In this document: one piece after another, positions 11,501 to 20,000 of the stretch
How positions within the stretch are numbered: position 1 is the first letter of the stretch
Layout of the letters: each line of letters starts with the position of its first letter
Source of the DNA: a virus
Lineage: Duplodnaviria; Heunggongvirae; Uroviricota; Caudoviricetes
Length of the DNA: 64,000 bases
Virus record (IMG/VR): IMGVR_UViG_3300033067_001661
Location: 128,001 to 192,000 of that record
Strand: one strand, 5' to 3'
Made by a program: the position numbers and the translations under genes
Notes under the pieces: model-generated
The model's input: the letters and a program-made list of their open reading frames with translations, nothing else
What the model was told of the DNA's origin: nothing
Databases searched by the model: none

Positions 11501-14500
11501 ATGGATTGCTTCCCGATGCCTCGTCAGGATCGCATTGAGGATCAGAAGCTTCAAAGACAGCGGCGTTACAATTTCCGCCGTCAGGCAAAGCCTGTCCTCT
11601 ATAAGTAACAACAACTCTAGCCATGAACGGTCTTGAACGACGAACCCAACAGCCATCAAACTCCGCAAACTTATCAGGATCAAAAAGAAGACCACCAGAA
11701 GATATAAACTCTTGATCGTCAAGAGGAACGGTTTGCTTACATAGTATCTTTACCATGTCGCCACCGCTAGATGATTGATTATCTGGCAATGGATCGTTTG
11801 TTGAGCCACCAGCAGACCTTCTTCTCTTAGACTTCTTTCGAGTACCAGAACTTGTTATGGTTCCAAAATTTGCCGCATTGTCGCCTATATTGACAAGCTC
11901 CATTGCAAATGGATTTCTCATCTCTATAGTTACAGGCAGCGATTCAAACTGGAAAACATTCTCAGAAGGATTATCTCTATTAGGAATTTCATACGAAACG
12001 GTTATCTGAGCAGAAAGCGAGTTTATAGCAGAAAGAGTATCAAGATCAGGCGTCATCCTAAATACGCCTCTTATAAAGCCGCTTCCAATAACCGTAGAAG
12101 AAAGTATATAGCAATCCTCTGCCTCTGGGGTCAAAGTAGTAGTATTGATAACTTCGCCAAATACATCTTCCGCAAGTTGCGCAGAACCAACAGTAGCCTT
12201 AGCAGTGAACTTAATCCTGCTTGCGTCAGAAATAGGAGCGCCATACTCGTCTGTTATCTCAGCGTATAAAGCGACCCGTTGATCAAACCATGCTTCAATT
12301 TCTTTCTGGAATTTAACAGGAGCATTCCAACCCAAACTTATTGCGTTCTCGTTAACAACTTCGTATCTAAACTGCTTAACTTCAAGAAGCGGAATTCCAT
12401 CTTCATCTGCGTCGTCAAGAGGAATCGTCGAAACGTAAACAGGAGCAGACAAGTTGCCATATCTATCTGCGGCAACAACTGCATAATAGTTTACAATCTC
12501 ATTTTCAAGATTTCTGTCAACAAACTCTACTTGGCTTGGATTGCCGCTAAAAACTAGCAACGCAGAAAAGCTAACGCCGTCGTCATTGTTTATGATCGGC
12601 GGACCCGTATCAGACCAATATACAAAAATCTGCTCAACAGTATCGTTATTAATTGCATTCCATGTCAAATATGTCTTATGATTGCCTGCCCTGATTTGAA
12701 CATTTTCAACAGGCTCAATAAAAGGCGTCGTTATAGCCTTGTTCCTATCGTCTCTACTCTTGAAGGCAGGAATCTTAATAGACAAAATTGGAGAATCAGA
12801 ATCTAAGCTAAAGTTCCCTATAGCATTTTGCGAATAGATACGGAAGTTGTAAATTCTATCATGAACATAATCAAAAGGAAGGGTTACAACAAAATCGCCC
12901 GGTCCTGAATCTGCCTCATAAACCAAATCTCCGTCTTCTTCATTTGAGGGCTTTTCTCCAAAACCCTCAAACACAAGAACAGGTTCGGCGGGGGTTCCAT
13001 TGCTACTTACGGGTGTTTGATAAGAAAATACACCAGCACCAGCCTCTGCTTTTCTTATGATACGGACTTTACCGCCTTCAAAGTTATAATCGTCAGGAAC
13101 AGAGTATCTAACAGCAACAATTCTATCTCCATTATCCAATACTTTTTCAGAAACTCTTTCATAACGAACTGCGGCAGACGCAATATAGTTTACAGATCGA
13201 ATAGTATCATGAACGCTTATCTCAGTAAGCTTACCAAAGAAATGAGAAGCTTTTCCGCCAAGGTATATATGCATTGGCTCTTGACTATAGTAACCCAAAG
13301 CTGTCAAAGAACCGCTACCAGCCTCAACGCCATTAACATAGAACGTAGCCGTAAGAGCCAGGAAATCTACAGTAACAGCAACATGGCTCCAAGCATTAGC
13401 TGTCAAAGCAATATTAGAAGAAGCGAATGTCAAGTCGTCAAAGGTAAAGAACAAGGTTCCGTCCGTATTTGTTCCAAACCTAAATGACATCTTATCTAGA
13501 GAAATAGTCTCTCTAGATATAATGCTTCTCTTGGCTGCAAAATTAAACGGGTAAGCCCAAGCCATGAAAGTGTATTTTGTCTTAATAAACTTACCGTCTT
13601 CGTCGTATCCTAAAAGCTTAGTATCAGTTCCGTTAAACCTAATACCGCTGATGCCGCTTGGAACATCATTATTATTGAGCCAAACTACATCTTCGCTTGA
13701 AGACAAAAGCACAGGATTATCGCTAAAGTCATACGCAAACGTTCCTGTTGATTCATTAAGATGCCAAAGTCCAATAGTATTAGAGTCTCTTTTAACACCT
13801 GAACCTGCAATTGTTCTGTAAGTAAAACCGCCAACTCCACGAGGATAGATCTTGACTCTAGGAGAAGCCTTCAAAAATCTGCCGTTACTGAAAATGCCAT
13901 TTGAATCAAAGGTATATGCGGCATAGTAATATTGTTCGTTTTCTTCAAGCTCGTCGTCAAATGCTCTTTCAACAAAACCTTCTGTAACTATATCTCCGTC
14001 AAGAGGGCCTGTAGGATAAGCTCCAAGCTTTCTAATGATTCGAACACCAGCATATCCGCTTTCTTGATCGGCGAAGAAAGCAGAAGCAACGTCTGCTATA
14101 TTGTTTGTATTTACCTGATCTGTCTCTACAACCGCAAAGAAATTCAGCTTGATAGGAGTAGACCCAAGGCTTAGAAGATTATACTTCACTTCGCCGGGAT
14201 AAGTCGCTTCAAGCCTATCAATCATTCGTCTTGTTATTTCGTGCCTTAGCCCGCCGCTATCGTTCCAGCTAAGAGAACCGCTTTGGTCCATAACAACAGA
14301 AACCAACCTATCAGGAAGATTCAAGGCAACCTTATTCGTAGTTGAATCAATATCAACTATTTTGGTTTGCAAAAATACAGGCTCTAAGTCGTCTATATCA
14401 AACTTCTGAACAACCTTTGTCGCAATAGCCGACGCCGGAACAATCAGTTTACAAGCATTCTCATTTATAGAATCTCTAAACGAGTAAAATCTAATAGCAT

Positions 14501-15353
14501 AGTTTCGAGTACAATCAAGATTCCAAACTCTTAGAGATGAGTCATAAGATAGAGCGCAAGAAACGCTGTAAGGATCAAAGACTGGCTCTTCATTTTCAGC
14601 ATAATCCCAAATAAGGTACAAGTTATCGCTTGATCCAGAAACAAACAAAGCCGCTGCGTAATGCAATGTAAAGCTTATGGAAGAATTTCCAGGCAAAGGG
14701 TCCAAAGCAAAATTGTACCAATTATCGTCTTTGATTTCTTCTATTGTTGTCTTGTAGCTATATATTGGTATCGCGTCGCCGGGAGATATGTTATCATTGA
14801 CTTCGTACATTCTAAAATGCAAAGTCAAAAACTTGCTCTGATACTCTATAGAATCAAGCATTGTTTCAGAAGAACTTATAATCACAGAGTCTATGTAAGA
14901 CTTCTGTGTTTTAGGCTTTATAGATAGCTCAAACTTCTTATTATCTTTGATAACAATTGTTGCAGAAACCCAAGACCATGAGCCTGGAGTTACTGTAGCG
15001 GTATTTTCGGAACTTGAAAAACCGTCAACGAGTAGTTCATAAGAAAACTGAGAAACATCTGTTTGAGTTCTCACTCTAATAAAGACATTATACTTTCCAG
15101 CCTTCGCTGCCGTAACAGGGTAAGACAAGACAGGATAGGAAGGGGTTCCAATGGCCTGAGAAATAGCCATAGAACCTGAGCCGTAAGAACCGTCCACAAC
15201 AACGTCAAATACCGCCGATGGATCGCCTTGCTCAAGCCTTGAAAAATTAGAAGCGTCAAACGCAGCGAAACCGTCTTCCGGCACTAAGAAAGAAGCCGAA
15301 GAATCGGTCTTGCCAACGGTTCGAATAAAAACAGAAGCTTTAGTGAGTATCAT
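5559..15353 (-). CDS. giant multidomain virion/adhesin protein (3264 aa): CBM-like, split vWA, Fn3, LamG, Big-1-like Ig, six-blade Kelch, C-terminal Ig repeats
   Basis: DQSGS MIDAS; LamG (GLWHLNE, FMAWAYP, WSHVAVT, FFGKLTEISVHD); six Kelch GG repeats; IRWYING/IIWYVNG/IRWFR Ig repeats. Confidence 0.85.
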   Translation of the reverse strand: MILTKASVFIRTVGKTDSSASFLVPEDGFAAFDASNFSRLEQGDPSAVFDVVVDGSYGSGSMAISQAIGTPSYPVLSYPVTAAKAGKYNVFIRVRTQTDVSQFSYELLVDGFSSSENTATVTPGSWSWVSATIVIKDNKKFELSIKPKTQKSYIDSVIISSSETMLDSIEYQSKFLTLHFRMYEVNDNISPGDAIPIYSYKTTIEEIKDDNWYNFALDPLPGNSSISFTLHYAAALFVSGSSDNLYLIWDYAENEEPVFDPYSVSCALSYDSSLRVWNLDCTRNYAIRFYSFRDSINENACKLIVPASAIATKVVQKFDIDDLEPVFLQTKIVDIDSTTNKVALNLPDRLVSVVMDQSGSLSWNDSGGLRHEITRRMIDRLEATYPGEVKYNLLSLGSTPIKLNFFAVVETDQVNTNNIADVASAFFADQESGYAGVRIIRKLGAYPTGPLDGDIVTEGFVERAFDDELEENEQYYYAAYTFDSNGIFSNGRFLKASPRVKIYPRGVGGFTYRTIAGSGVKRDSNTIGLWHLNESTGTFAYDFSDNPVLLSSSEDVVWLNNNDVPSGISGIRFNGTDTKLLGYDEDGKFIKTKYTFMAWAYPFNFAAKRSIISRETISLDKMSFRFGTNTDGTLFFTFDDLTFASSNIALTANAWSHVAVTVDFLALTATFYVNGVEAGSGSLTALGYYSQEPMHIYLGGKASHFFGKLTEISVHDTIRSVNYIASAAVRYERVSEKVLDNGDRIVAVRYSVPDDYNFEGGKVRIIRKAEAGAGVFSYQTPVSSNGTPAEPVLVFEGFGEKPSNEEDGDLVYEADSGPGDFVVTLPFDYVHDRIYNFRIYSQNAIGNFSLDSDSPILSIKIPAFKSRDDRNKAITTPFIEPVENVQIRAGNHKTYLTWNAINNDTVEQIFVYWSDTGPPIINNDDGVSFSALLVFSGNPSQVEFVDRNLENEIVNYYAVVAADRYGNLSAPVYVSTIPLDDADEDGIPLLEVKQFRYEVVNENAISLGWNAPVKFQKEIEAWFDQRVALYAEITDEYGAPISDASRIKFTAKATVGSAQLAEDVFGEVINTTTLTPEAEDCYILSSTVIGSGFIRGVFRMTPDLDTLSAINSLSAQITVSYEIPNRDNPSENVFQFESLPVTIEMRNPFAMELVNIGDNAANFGTITSSGTRKKSKRRRSAGGSTNDPLPDNQSSSGGDMVKILCKQTVPLDDQEFISSGGLLFDPDKFAEFDGCWVRRSRPFMARVVVTYRGQALPDGGNCNAAVFEASDPQCDPDEASGSNPCSQTDGSSERRPFVPTFSTRRSRSVQPPATSIPLRIGLQRLSDGTTRQVTYTDIPLRAPRTPQAVMLFTKVGFNGYYARKKLYIVFENILRVETTIEPPESNCIDVSEQMANIYLIDPDSPNIDRPRKIPVTDQQVVRWNLRKGRNAKDRPFYSTDNVPAGPGVFSYTRGGMARRIFFGPACGVTWELYVPCPGNVIYLPELYAIKASVVYDGLSAFEERPAIIYPPNFGGRGFGSRFLMDMPQYVNTLYADGYSLVRCTVYHDPNVTGGSSAECFRQCAENASRPIFVLDNGQIVEIESGDSFEILYGDNLEVVYDEDIEEYVVNEANQSEGFAQIPLAQTGGTTTFYLRINKFIGRPQPDSGAGDDNGDSGQSSNSCDCIEVPPGLAKKKGLSVIDGRTTVNFNGETRYLRGGGDLKTGIPPTTIDLKEPLDISIVDIRRSGQSVEKLLCDGVAVHEFVLEVTFKGRPVPNGTPVFLTIGGKNPEKIILQNDTIFTEKLNDPILNPDGNVRSFASFFVAPFGPESAFEAQVQAETNYDKRGDVERSMTCCVTIKYDPSQPKEEGPEDRPEGEVSNVFSAALDVYDTYTNEWAVKASMNYPRGCLTTSWDFDAYGERLFAIGGLNGKSILSYNEMYDIGEDKWYIKKSMNTPRFYHMAVQDYGYVYVFGGITANGTELVISSSVERYDIANDTWEELAPMPVFDQNTYGVALGACVVSNGKAYIIGGIRKIGTRGSIDAVNDRILVFDFETLTWSWSNQFVDEELALYNRVSPFAFVEANQTKIHVVGGAIPGERNEETGEQPLLFVTDAFEIDLDTLEITLDDYIYRQIPSPRYRGTCVSILDQHYFLGGTSDKSQVLNLLDIITEGSPVYSYAEGKRMPTAKTAFGCSSDNWRYVYSCGGLTSGRPAGFLQIKARVSPSSIRLDGKQSATVSIELLNDVGEHPTKEVRVLVQGILLFPNSQAGNDQTAGGDQSQQQSDNQALRDALVYPVVFSSNDFYIYDGVASTIMLPRADDILKKISEIKEKLGIQDSVAGEGGNEGNNTLLIKEGEVRNPYTIKVRITVLDEFYYGQTVIDIKDNEDSTTTNNTTDGSAGSDTPGSNTGGSGGSSGSSSGDITEFEGCRSVEGSQAVEQSSNQNNYDPGRDSENNQTIDQSLKESDNPVFDLNPPQTPQLESPEVQYFSDIEWIPQIIVHVENGEFEDMAKGLTRLRNEIPFGASPLYDALVKNAVIMLDEDLDPYAKVIYVNTDNEENLSINTLDTAIQDVQAIDGFGKVPVVINNFSVVFPVTLSALVSRTDTDSLDTIANQTGGQSQTILDAAYIDEILNNSLGRVEGSIGWGLYECVIDLSKNSIINTVSLDYELYPNTDGNWRMATSEDGFNYSDYSDSFNPNTEISLVNVNARYIKFKVTLLSGLSSYIENEYDLIPTPGVPALTAINIKYSVPTESFIYLKPETTDFSPQQIAVAVSANKPDLSTIQVGATTSLSYNWSDYYSGAQPASDRYGKIFIPIRYNQEQDATLNEPLDNVNGFMWKARYGKWDVTSRVTILDKDGETVASDGYELYPKEGLVVFSSKQLGPFSVSIENAGNLRLGVRILNMDSYNPVEIDGVAYMYNTNVFLPPPLSQRPPTITDFRVVPSTLTIYQTISLSYKYFDINQRSEDTDQTVIRWYINGVEIEYLRNLRIWNNINDINDPIWVYALSFRPENVPAGTSYEQYAREKGESILKVDDVVYATIKASDGILFSDIVRSPSVTAIEAPPFITAITIKGKKNDGTLQDTVTTTTRAFADFAYFQDGDGNTSSQIIWYVNGIEFKRGDLGVTVGGISNNEIIPGEVKNNIVGIAIGNVLEVTILPASQNIIGNPVTSAAVSVENDPPTVRNVTVSPSPTASSASALQLTYTYVDAESQQQGSTQNDQSSIRWFRALSGSSTFEEVPSLQNVRIVPAVNTASGQRWKAEVIPFDGISVGTATQSNTVEIV

Positions 15354-17077
15354 GTATATATACTTATTTGTTTCTTAAAGACATTATCGTACCAATCTTT
15401 GACTTCAATCAGTACGTCACTCCAGAACGATGTTGTAGGAGTATCCCAAGCCCCTTCCCAAACGCCAAAATTCCTAATGCCTATTGATATTGCATACTTA
15501 ATAGTTTCGACCCAAACCTTTCTAAACTGTACTGTATTTGTATCGTTTGAATTGTAGGGAGAGGAAACCGAACTCTGTACGGAACCGTCATTTCGGACGT
15601 TCCAAGCCGAGAACCAAGGACACATCGGGTTATCCAAACCTCCTGCAACAACACCATTATAGAGTCCCCTTCTCATATGCTGCATTCTAAACCAATTCCA
15701 GTCTGAAAAATCAGCAGGATAATAGTTGGAAAAATCATAAGTCATGTAATTTCTAAAAGTTGACAATCTTGGATCTATTGCCGAAAAACCTTGATTAAAG
15801 AAATTGTTAAGGTCTTCTGAAACATACAGAGAGAAATCAGACTGATCAAAACAATACATACTAGCAGATTGCATCCAGTTAGTAAACGTAGGCATTGTGT
15901 CAAAAATGGCATAACCATTCATCGCTCTTAGACTTGTATTCTGAACGCCAATTCTTGTTGTTTTATGATATTTTGTATACAGGCTTTGTTGCGCGTTTGA
16001 AAAAACCATATTTGGAAAATGCTGCAAAGCAGGCTCACAAGATGCCTTCCATATGCAATAATCTCTAGAAGTAGTATACAAAACAGCAGCCCTCCAAAAA
16101 CCTTCAAAAGCCTTTGGCGTTCTTACATATCCATCGGTAGCAAAATCAAGACAAGGCCAAGAACCTCCGTCTCTATGATTCGCCTGACTCCAAAACTGCT
16201 GAAAAGTTCTTTGCCCATCAACTAAAAAATCCGTATCTGATGAACGCGAATCTTGTAAACAACAACTTATGTATCCAATATCATTAAGACCAAATTGATC
16301 TACACAAGCAAACTGAGCGTGAGTTCCTGATATTGGATAAACCGCAACTCCTGGATAAAAATCCAATCCGGTTGATTCAACATTGAAATTGCAAAAATAT
16401 GGATCTTTGTAACCTATATTAGTAAGACCAAGTTTGAGTTTTGTCCAAAACTCCGTATCCCAACTACTGTTATTATCTATACCGTTCTTTGACCACATAC
16501 CATAATTCAATCCATTCAATATGGAAGGTCTCTCTTCCGGTCTATTCATGAATAGAAAAGTATTAGGCCCATCTGGAGTGCCATTAAGATCAGGAGGAAA
16601 ACCAGGCGGATATCCCCAAGTAAAGTTTCTAATTGAATACTCAAAATCAGTCCTTCCGACAGACTGCATTTGAGAGTTCATATAAGGAATAATCTCTTGA
16701 CAAATTTGATTAACAAAATAGTCAACATTCCTTACAACAAGTCCTGAATCTCTCGGGTTGTACCTGATATGAGGCATAACCCAAGGATGACTCCATAAAG
16801 ATTGATTCTGAACATCTGGTCCTTGCAAACTTCCAGTGAATACACTTTTCTGAAAAGCTTGCTCAAAAAGGAAATAGGGTTCTCTATCAAATTGAGGACG
16901 ACCAATCGGCAAACTTAAATCAGGAACAAAATCTGGAAGTTCTGGCCAATTTCTTTTTGACTGAAAACCAGAACCAACCCTAACTATCTGCCCTTTTCCG
17001 CTAGATTTTCTTCCTATATATTCCATGTTTGACTCTTTAGTTACTCTGTAATACCAGGGATCTCCACAGCCATTCAT
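15350..17077 (-). CDS. hypothetical protein (575 aa), possible glycoside-hydrolase-like TIM barrel
   Basis: GGGGAG SD; aromatic-rich; NFNVE and GIRNFGVWE segments. The fold call is inference. Confidence 0.7.
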   Translation of the reverse strand: MNGCGDPWYYRVTKESNMEYIGRKSSGKGQIVRVGSGFQSKRNWPELPDFVPDLSLPIGRPQFDREPYFLFEQAFQKSVFTGSLQGPDVQNQSLWSHPWVMPHIRYNPRDSGLVVRNVDYFVNQICQEIIPYMNSQMQSVGRTDFEYSIRNFTWGYPPGFPPDLNGTPDGPNTFLFMNRPEERPSILNGLNYGMWSKNGIDNNSSWDTEFWTKLKLGLTNIGYKDPYFCNFNVESTGLDFYPGVAVYPISGTHAQFACVDQFGLNDIGYISCCLQDSRSSDTDFLVDGQRTFQQFWSQANHRDGGSWPCLDFATDGYVRTPKAFEGFWRAAVLYTTSRDYCIWKASCEPALQHFPNMVFSNAQQSLYTKYHKTTRIGVQNTSLRAMNGYAIFDTMPTFTNWMQSASMYCFDQSDFSLYVSEDLNNFFNQGFSAIDPRLSTFRNYMTYDFSNYYPADFSDWNWFRMQHMRRGLYNGVVAGGLDNPMCPWFSAWNVRNDGSVQSSVSSPYNSNDTNTVQFRKVWVETIKYAISIGIRNFGVWEGAWDTPTTSFWSDVLIEVKDWYDNVFKKQISIYT

Positions 17078-17089
17078 TTTACTCCCCTA

Positions 17090-20000
17090 TTAGTTTATTG
17101 TTGAGCCTGTAGCAAGTTTTCTAATGAAGCTCTCGGAGGCAAGTTTGAAGTAGGCATTTCCGAAGAGCCATATGTCTGAATTCACTATCAAAACCTTATG
17201 TATAGTTGGAAGTTTTGAAGTTGTATGAACTACAAAATCATCGGCATAAACAACATAACGACCGTCAGATAGTCCTATTAGCGACTTGGTAAAATCAGAA
17301 TCTATGTCATTAACACCAATAGCAGCAGAGTCTTCAATATCTCCAAGAATATCAAGAAGCTGTAACGAAAGATTTCCGCTATAGAAAGAACCTCCATCTT
17401 GGAAAAGCCCCTTCGTTGTTCCGAACAGCATTTGAGAACGGTGTTTTTGAAGCTTATTGACAATTTGATTGTTTAGAACACCAACCCTATTCCAGTTAAA
17501 TCCATCAGTTGAATAATAACTCTCTCCGCTATCAGAAACAGCCATTGCAGCGTCAGGAGAGGACATAACATTAACAGGTAAAGAAGTTGAAACAACCTTG
17601 GTCCAAGTTGACGAAGAATTCTTCCTTGCGTAAACTCCGTCTTCTGCGCCAATAACAAGATTACTTCCAAATATACTTACAAAACTATGTAATTTCTTTG
17701 GTAAACCAGAGGCCGTATCTTTAGTTATCTTCTGAGTATTTACGTCAAAGAAGTATAACTTAGATTCGTCAAGAATGTAGACAGTATTTTGATATTTTCT
17801 GATATCCTTAACCAAAAGGGTTCTATCAGATTTGAAAGATAGTCTATTTACTTCTTTTGTTACTGTGTTTATTGTTAGAACTCCTCCATAGCCTCCAACA
17901 AAAACATAACCAAGCTCAGGAACGTTTAGTACCGCATTGGCGCATGGAAGAGACAAATTCCTATTGCCAAGGTCCGTAAAGACTTCATAATCAACAGTTG
18001 AGTTTTCCTTATCATACCAATCAGAATTGCATGGAATGCAATATTTAGCTTGATACGGCGGAGCAACAGAATCTTGCAGACCTGGACTAATTCTCTCGCC
18101 AGCAAGACCTCCAGACAGTATGTTGGAATGATGTACTTGGCTCAAATGAGACGGAGCGCCAGAGTTTACCCATTCAAAAGTATCTTCTATCGTCCAATGC
18201 GGCATTCCAACATTCACCAAAGAAGGGTTAACTATATCAAGCTCAACTCTATTATACTTAGCAAGAGCCTTAGGGAGTTCAATGATTCCATCAATAGAAT
18301 TTGCTACTGCAACAATTTCAAAACCTGAATAGTCTTCTGGAAACTGATCGCCAACGCCACCAGAAGGAACGTTCTTATATCTCTGAACACCAAACCCTTC
18401 TATCTGATCTCTCTTTTCGATTCCTCCTAAAGATACAATACCATACTTACCGTACTTCGCAATGAAAGAAGAACTACCTGAAAGGTCGCCTCCAACACCA
18501 AACGATATTGGCGGCGGCGGGTCAACGTCTATGTTGTATGTAAAGTTCCTTTGTTCTATAAACCTTGAAACAGGATACCAATTTTGTTGCATATCTCCCG
18601 TTGTTGCTACAGCATCATTATGAGTATAAACAGTTGCCCACCAGATGGCTCCCTGGCATCCGCTCATGTATAATGATCTGTATGTAAAGTCCGATATGTT
18701 TGGATTTGTATATCCACTTGCTCGAAGATATCCATTCCATATGAAAGGATAAAGAGGCTTATTAGCTATTCTTGCAATATCATGAAAATTCCTAAGAGAC
18801 ATTAAGTAAAAGATTCTTTGCTGTATAGGATCTGCTTGCTTTCTGCCTGTTTGAGAATAATACAAGTTAGCATCGTAATTGGCTGTCCTATCCCAAAGAT
18901 ACATTGCTGGCGAAATGAAATCAAACGCCTGCATCCATTCCTTCCAGTAATAAACTTCCAAATCTCTTAGAGAATTTGTTGCATCAGGATTCTGAGAACC
19001 AAAATCCAAACCGTCTATAGACCATATGCCACGAGTTGGAACTGCTCCAAAAAAGCCTATCTTTTGAACATTCGGTCTTAATTGTCTAATAACATCATTT
19101 AGCTCATTTATCCAAACAATCCAACGTTCAGCCCATTTCTTCTGCAAATAATCGTCTTGTTGTTCAAGAGTCTTACCTGAAGACCATCCTGGCTCCGACT
19201 GATCAACAGCCCATATCCACCAATCTCTCAAAGTTCTTGCAGCCAAGCCAGAAGACGGTGAAGAGCGAATAAGAGTCGGGCTTGCGTATTGACTCATCAT
19301 AATAAGACCGTTTCCAACTTGGACGGCAACTTGATTATTTGAAGTATTGTAAGCTCTTAATTCAAAGTTATGGAAGATACTTCCCGTAAAAGTAGCTGGT
19401 ATATACGGAATTCCACCAGACCTACCAAAGCCAGTTATATTCTGATATAGAGTTGCTTTTGCTTTATCAAGTTTATCTTGTTGAAACAACCAAAGCAAAG
19501 AGTCACCAGATCCTGAAACAAAATCATTTGTAATACCAGAAACAGGAACCCAAGAATGCTGACTTCCGCTTGGTAAAGTCCAATCATAATAAGCATCAAA
19601 CTGATACAACCCTATCATTTCCTGTATATCTGGAACATTTGAACTGTAGGTTATATGAATATCTTTTGGTAAGCAAACTTTTCTACCACCAAGCAATGCG
19701 TCTCCAACTTGACATATCGAAGACCCTCCGCCAAGAGCAAATATGGAAGAATACGTCACAAACGATTCTTTCCAACTTAGCTTATTAGGAAGAAGACATT
19801 CTCTTCTAACAATATAATCAATCGTTACAGGAACCGCCTGATGTACGCTTTCTATATATTGAACATAGTCCTCATATGCTGTGTTTGTTGTTGAAGACGG
19901 TCCATAATCGGCATACCAAGAAGCGATTGGCATGTATACCCAAGGGTCCAAACCAGAAAGCAACAAATCAAGGAACCAATCTCTTCCGCCTTTAGAATAG

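Noticed and set aside
11815-11845. RKKSKRRR basic patch resembling a nuclear localisation or furin site
   Set aside because: SD sequences, coupled operon structure and TTG/GTG starts indicate a prokaryotic host; probably just a basic linker.
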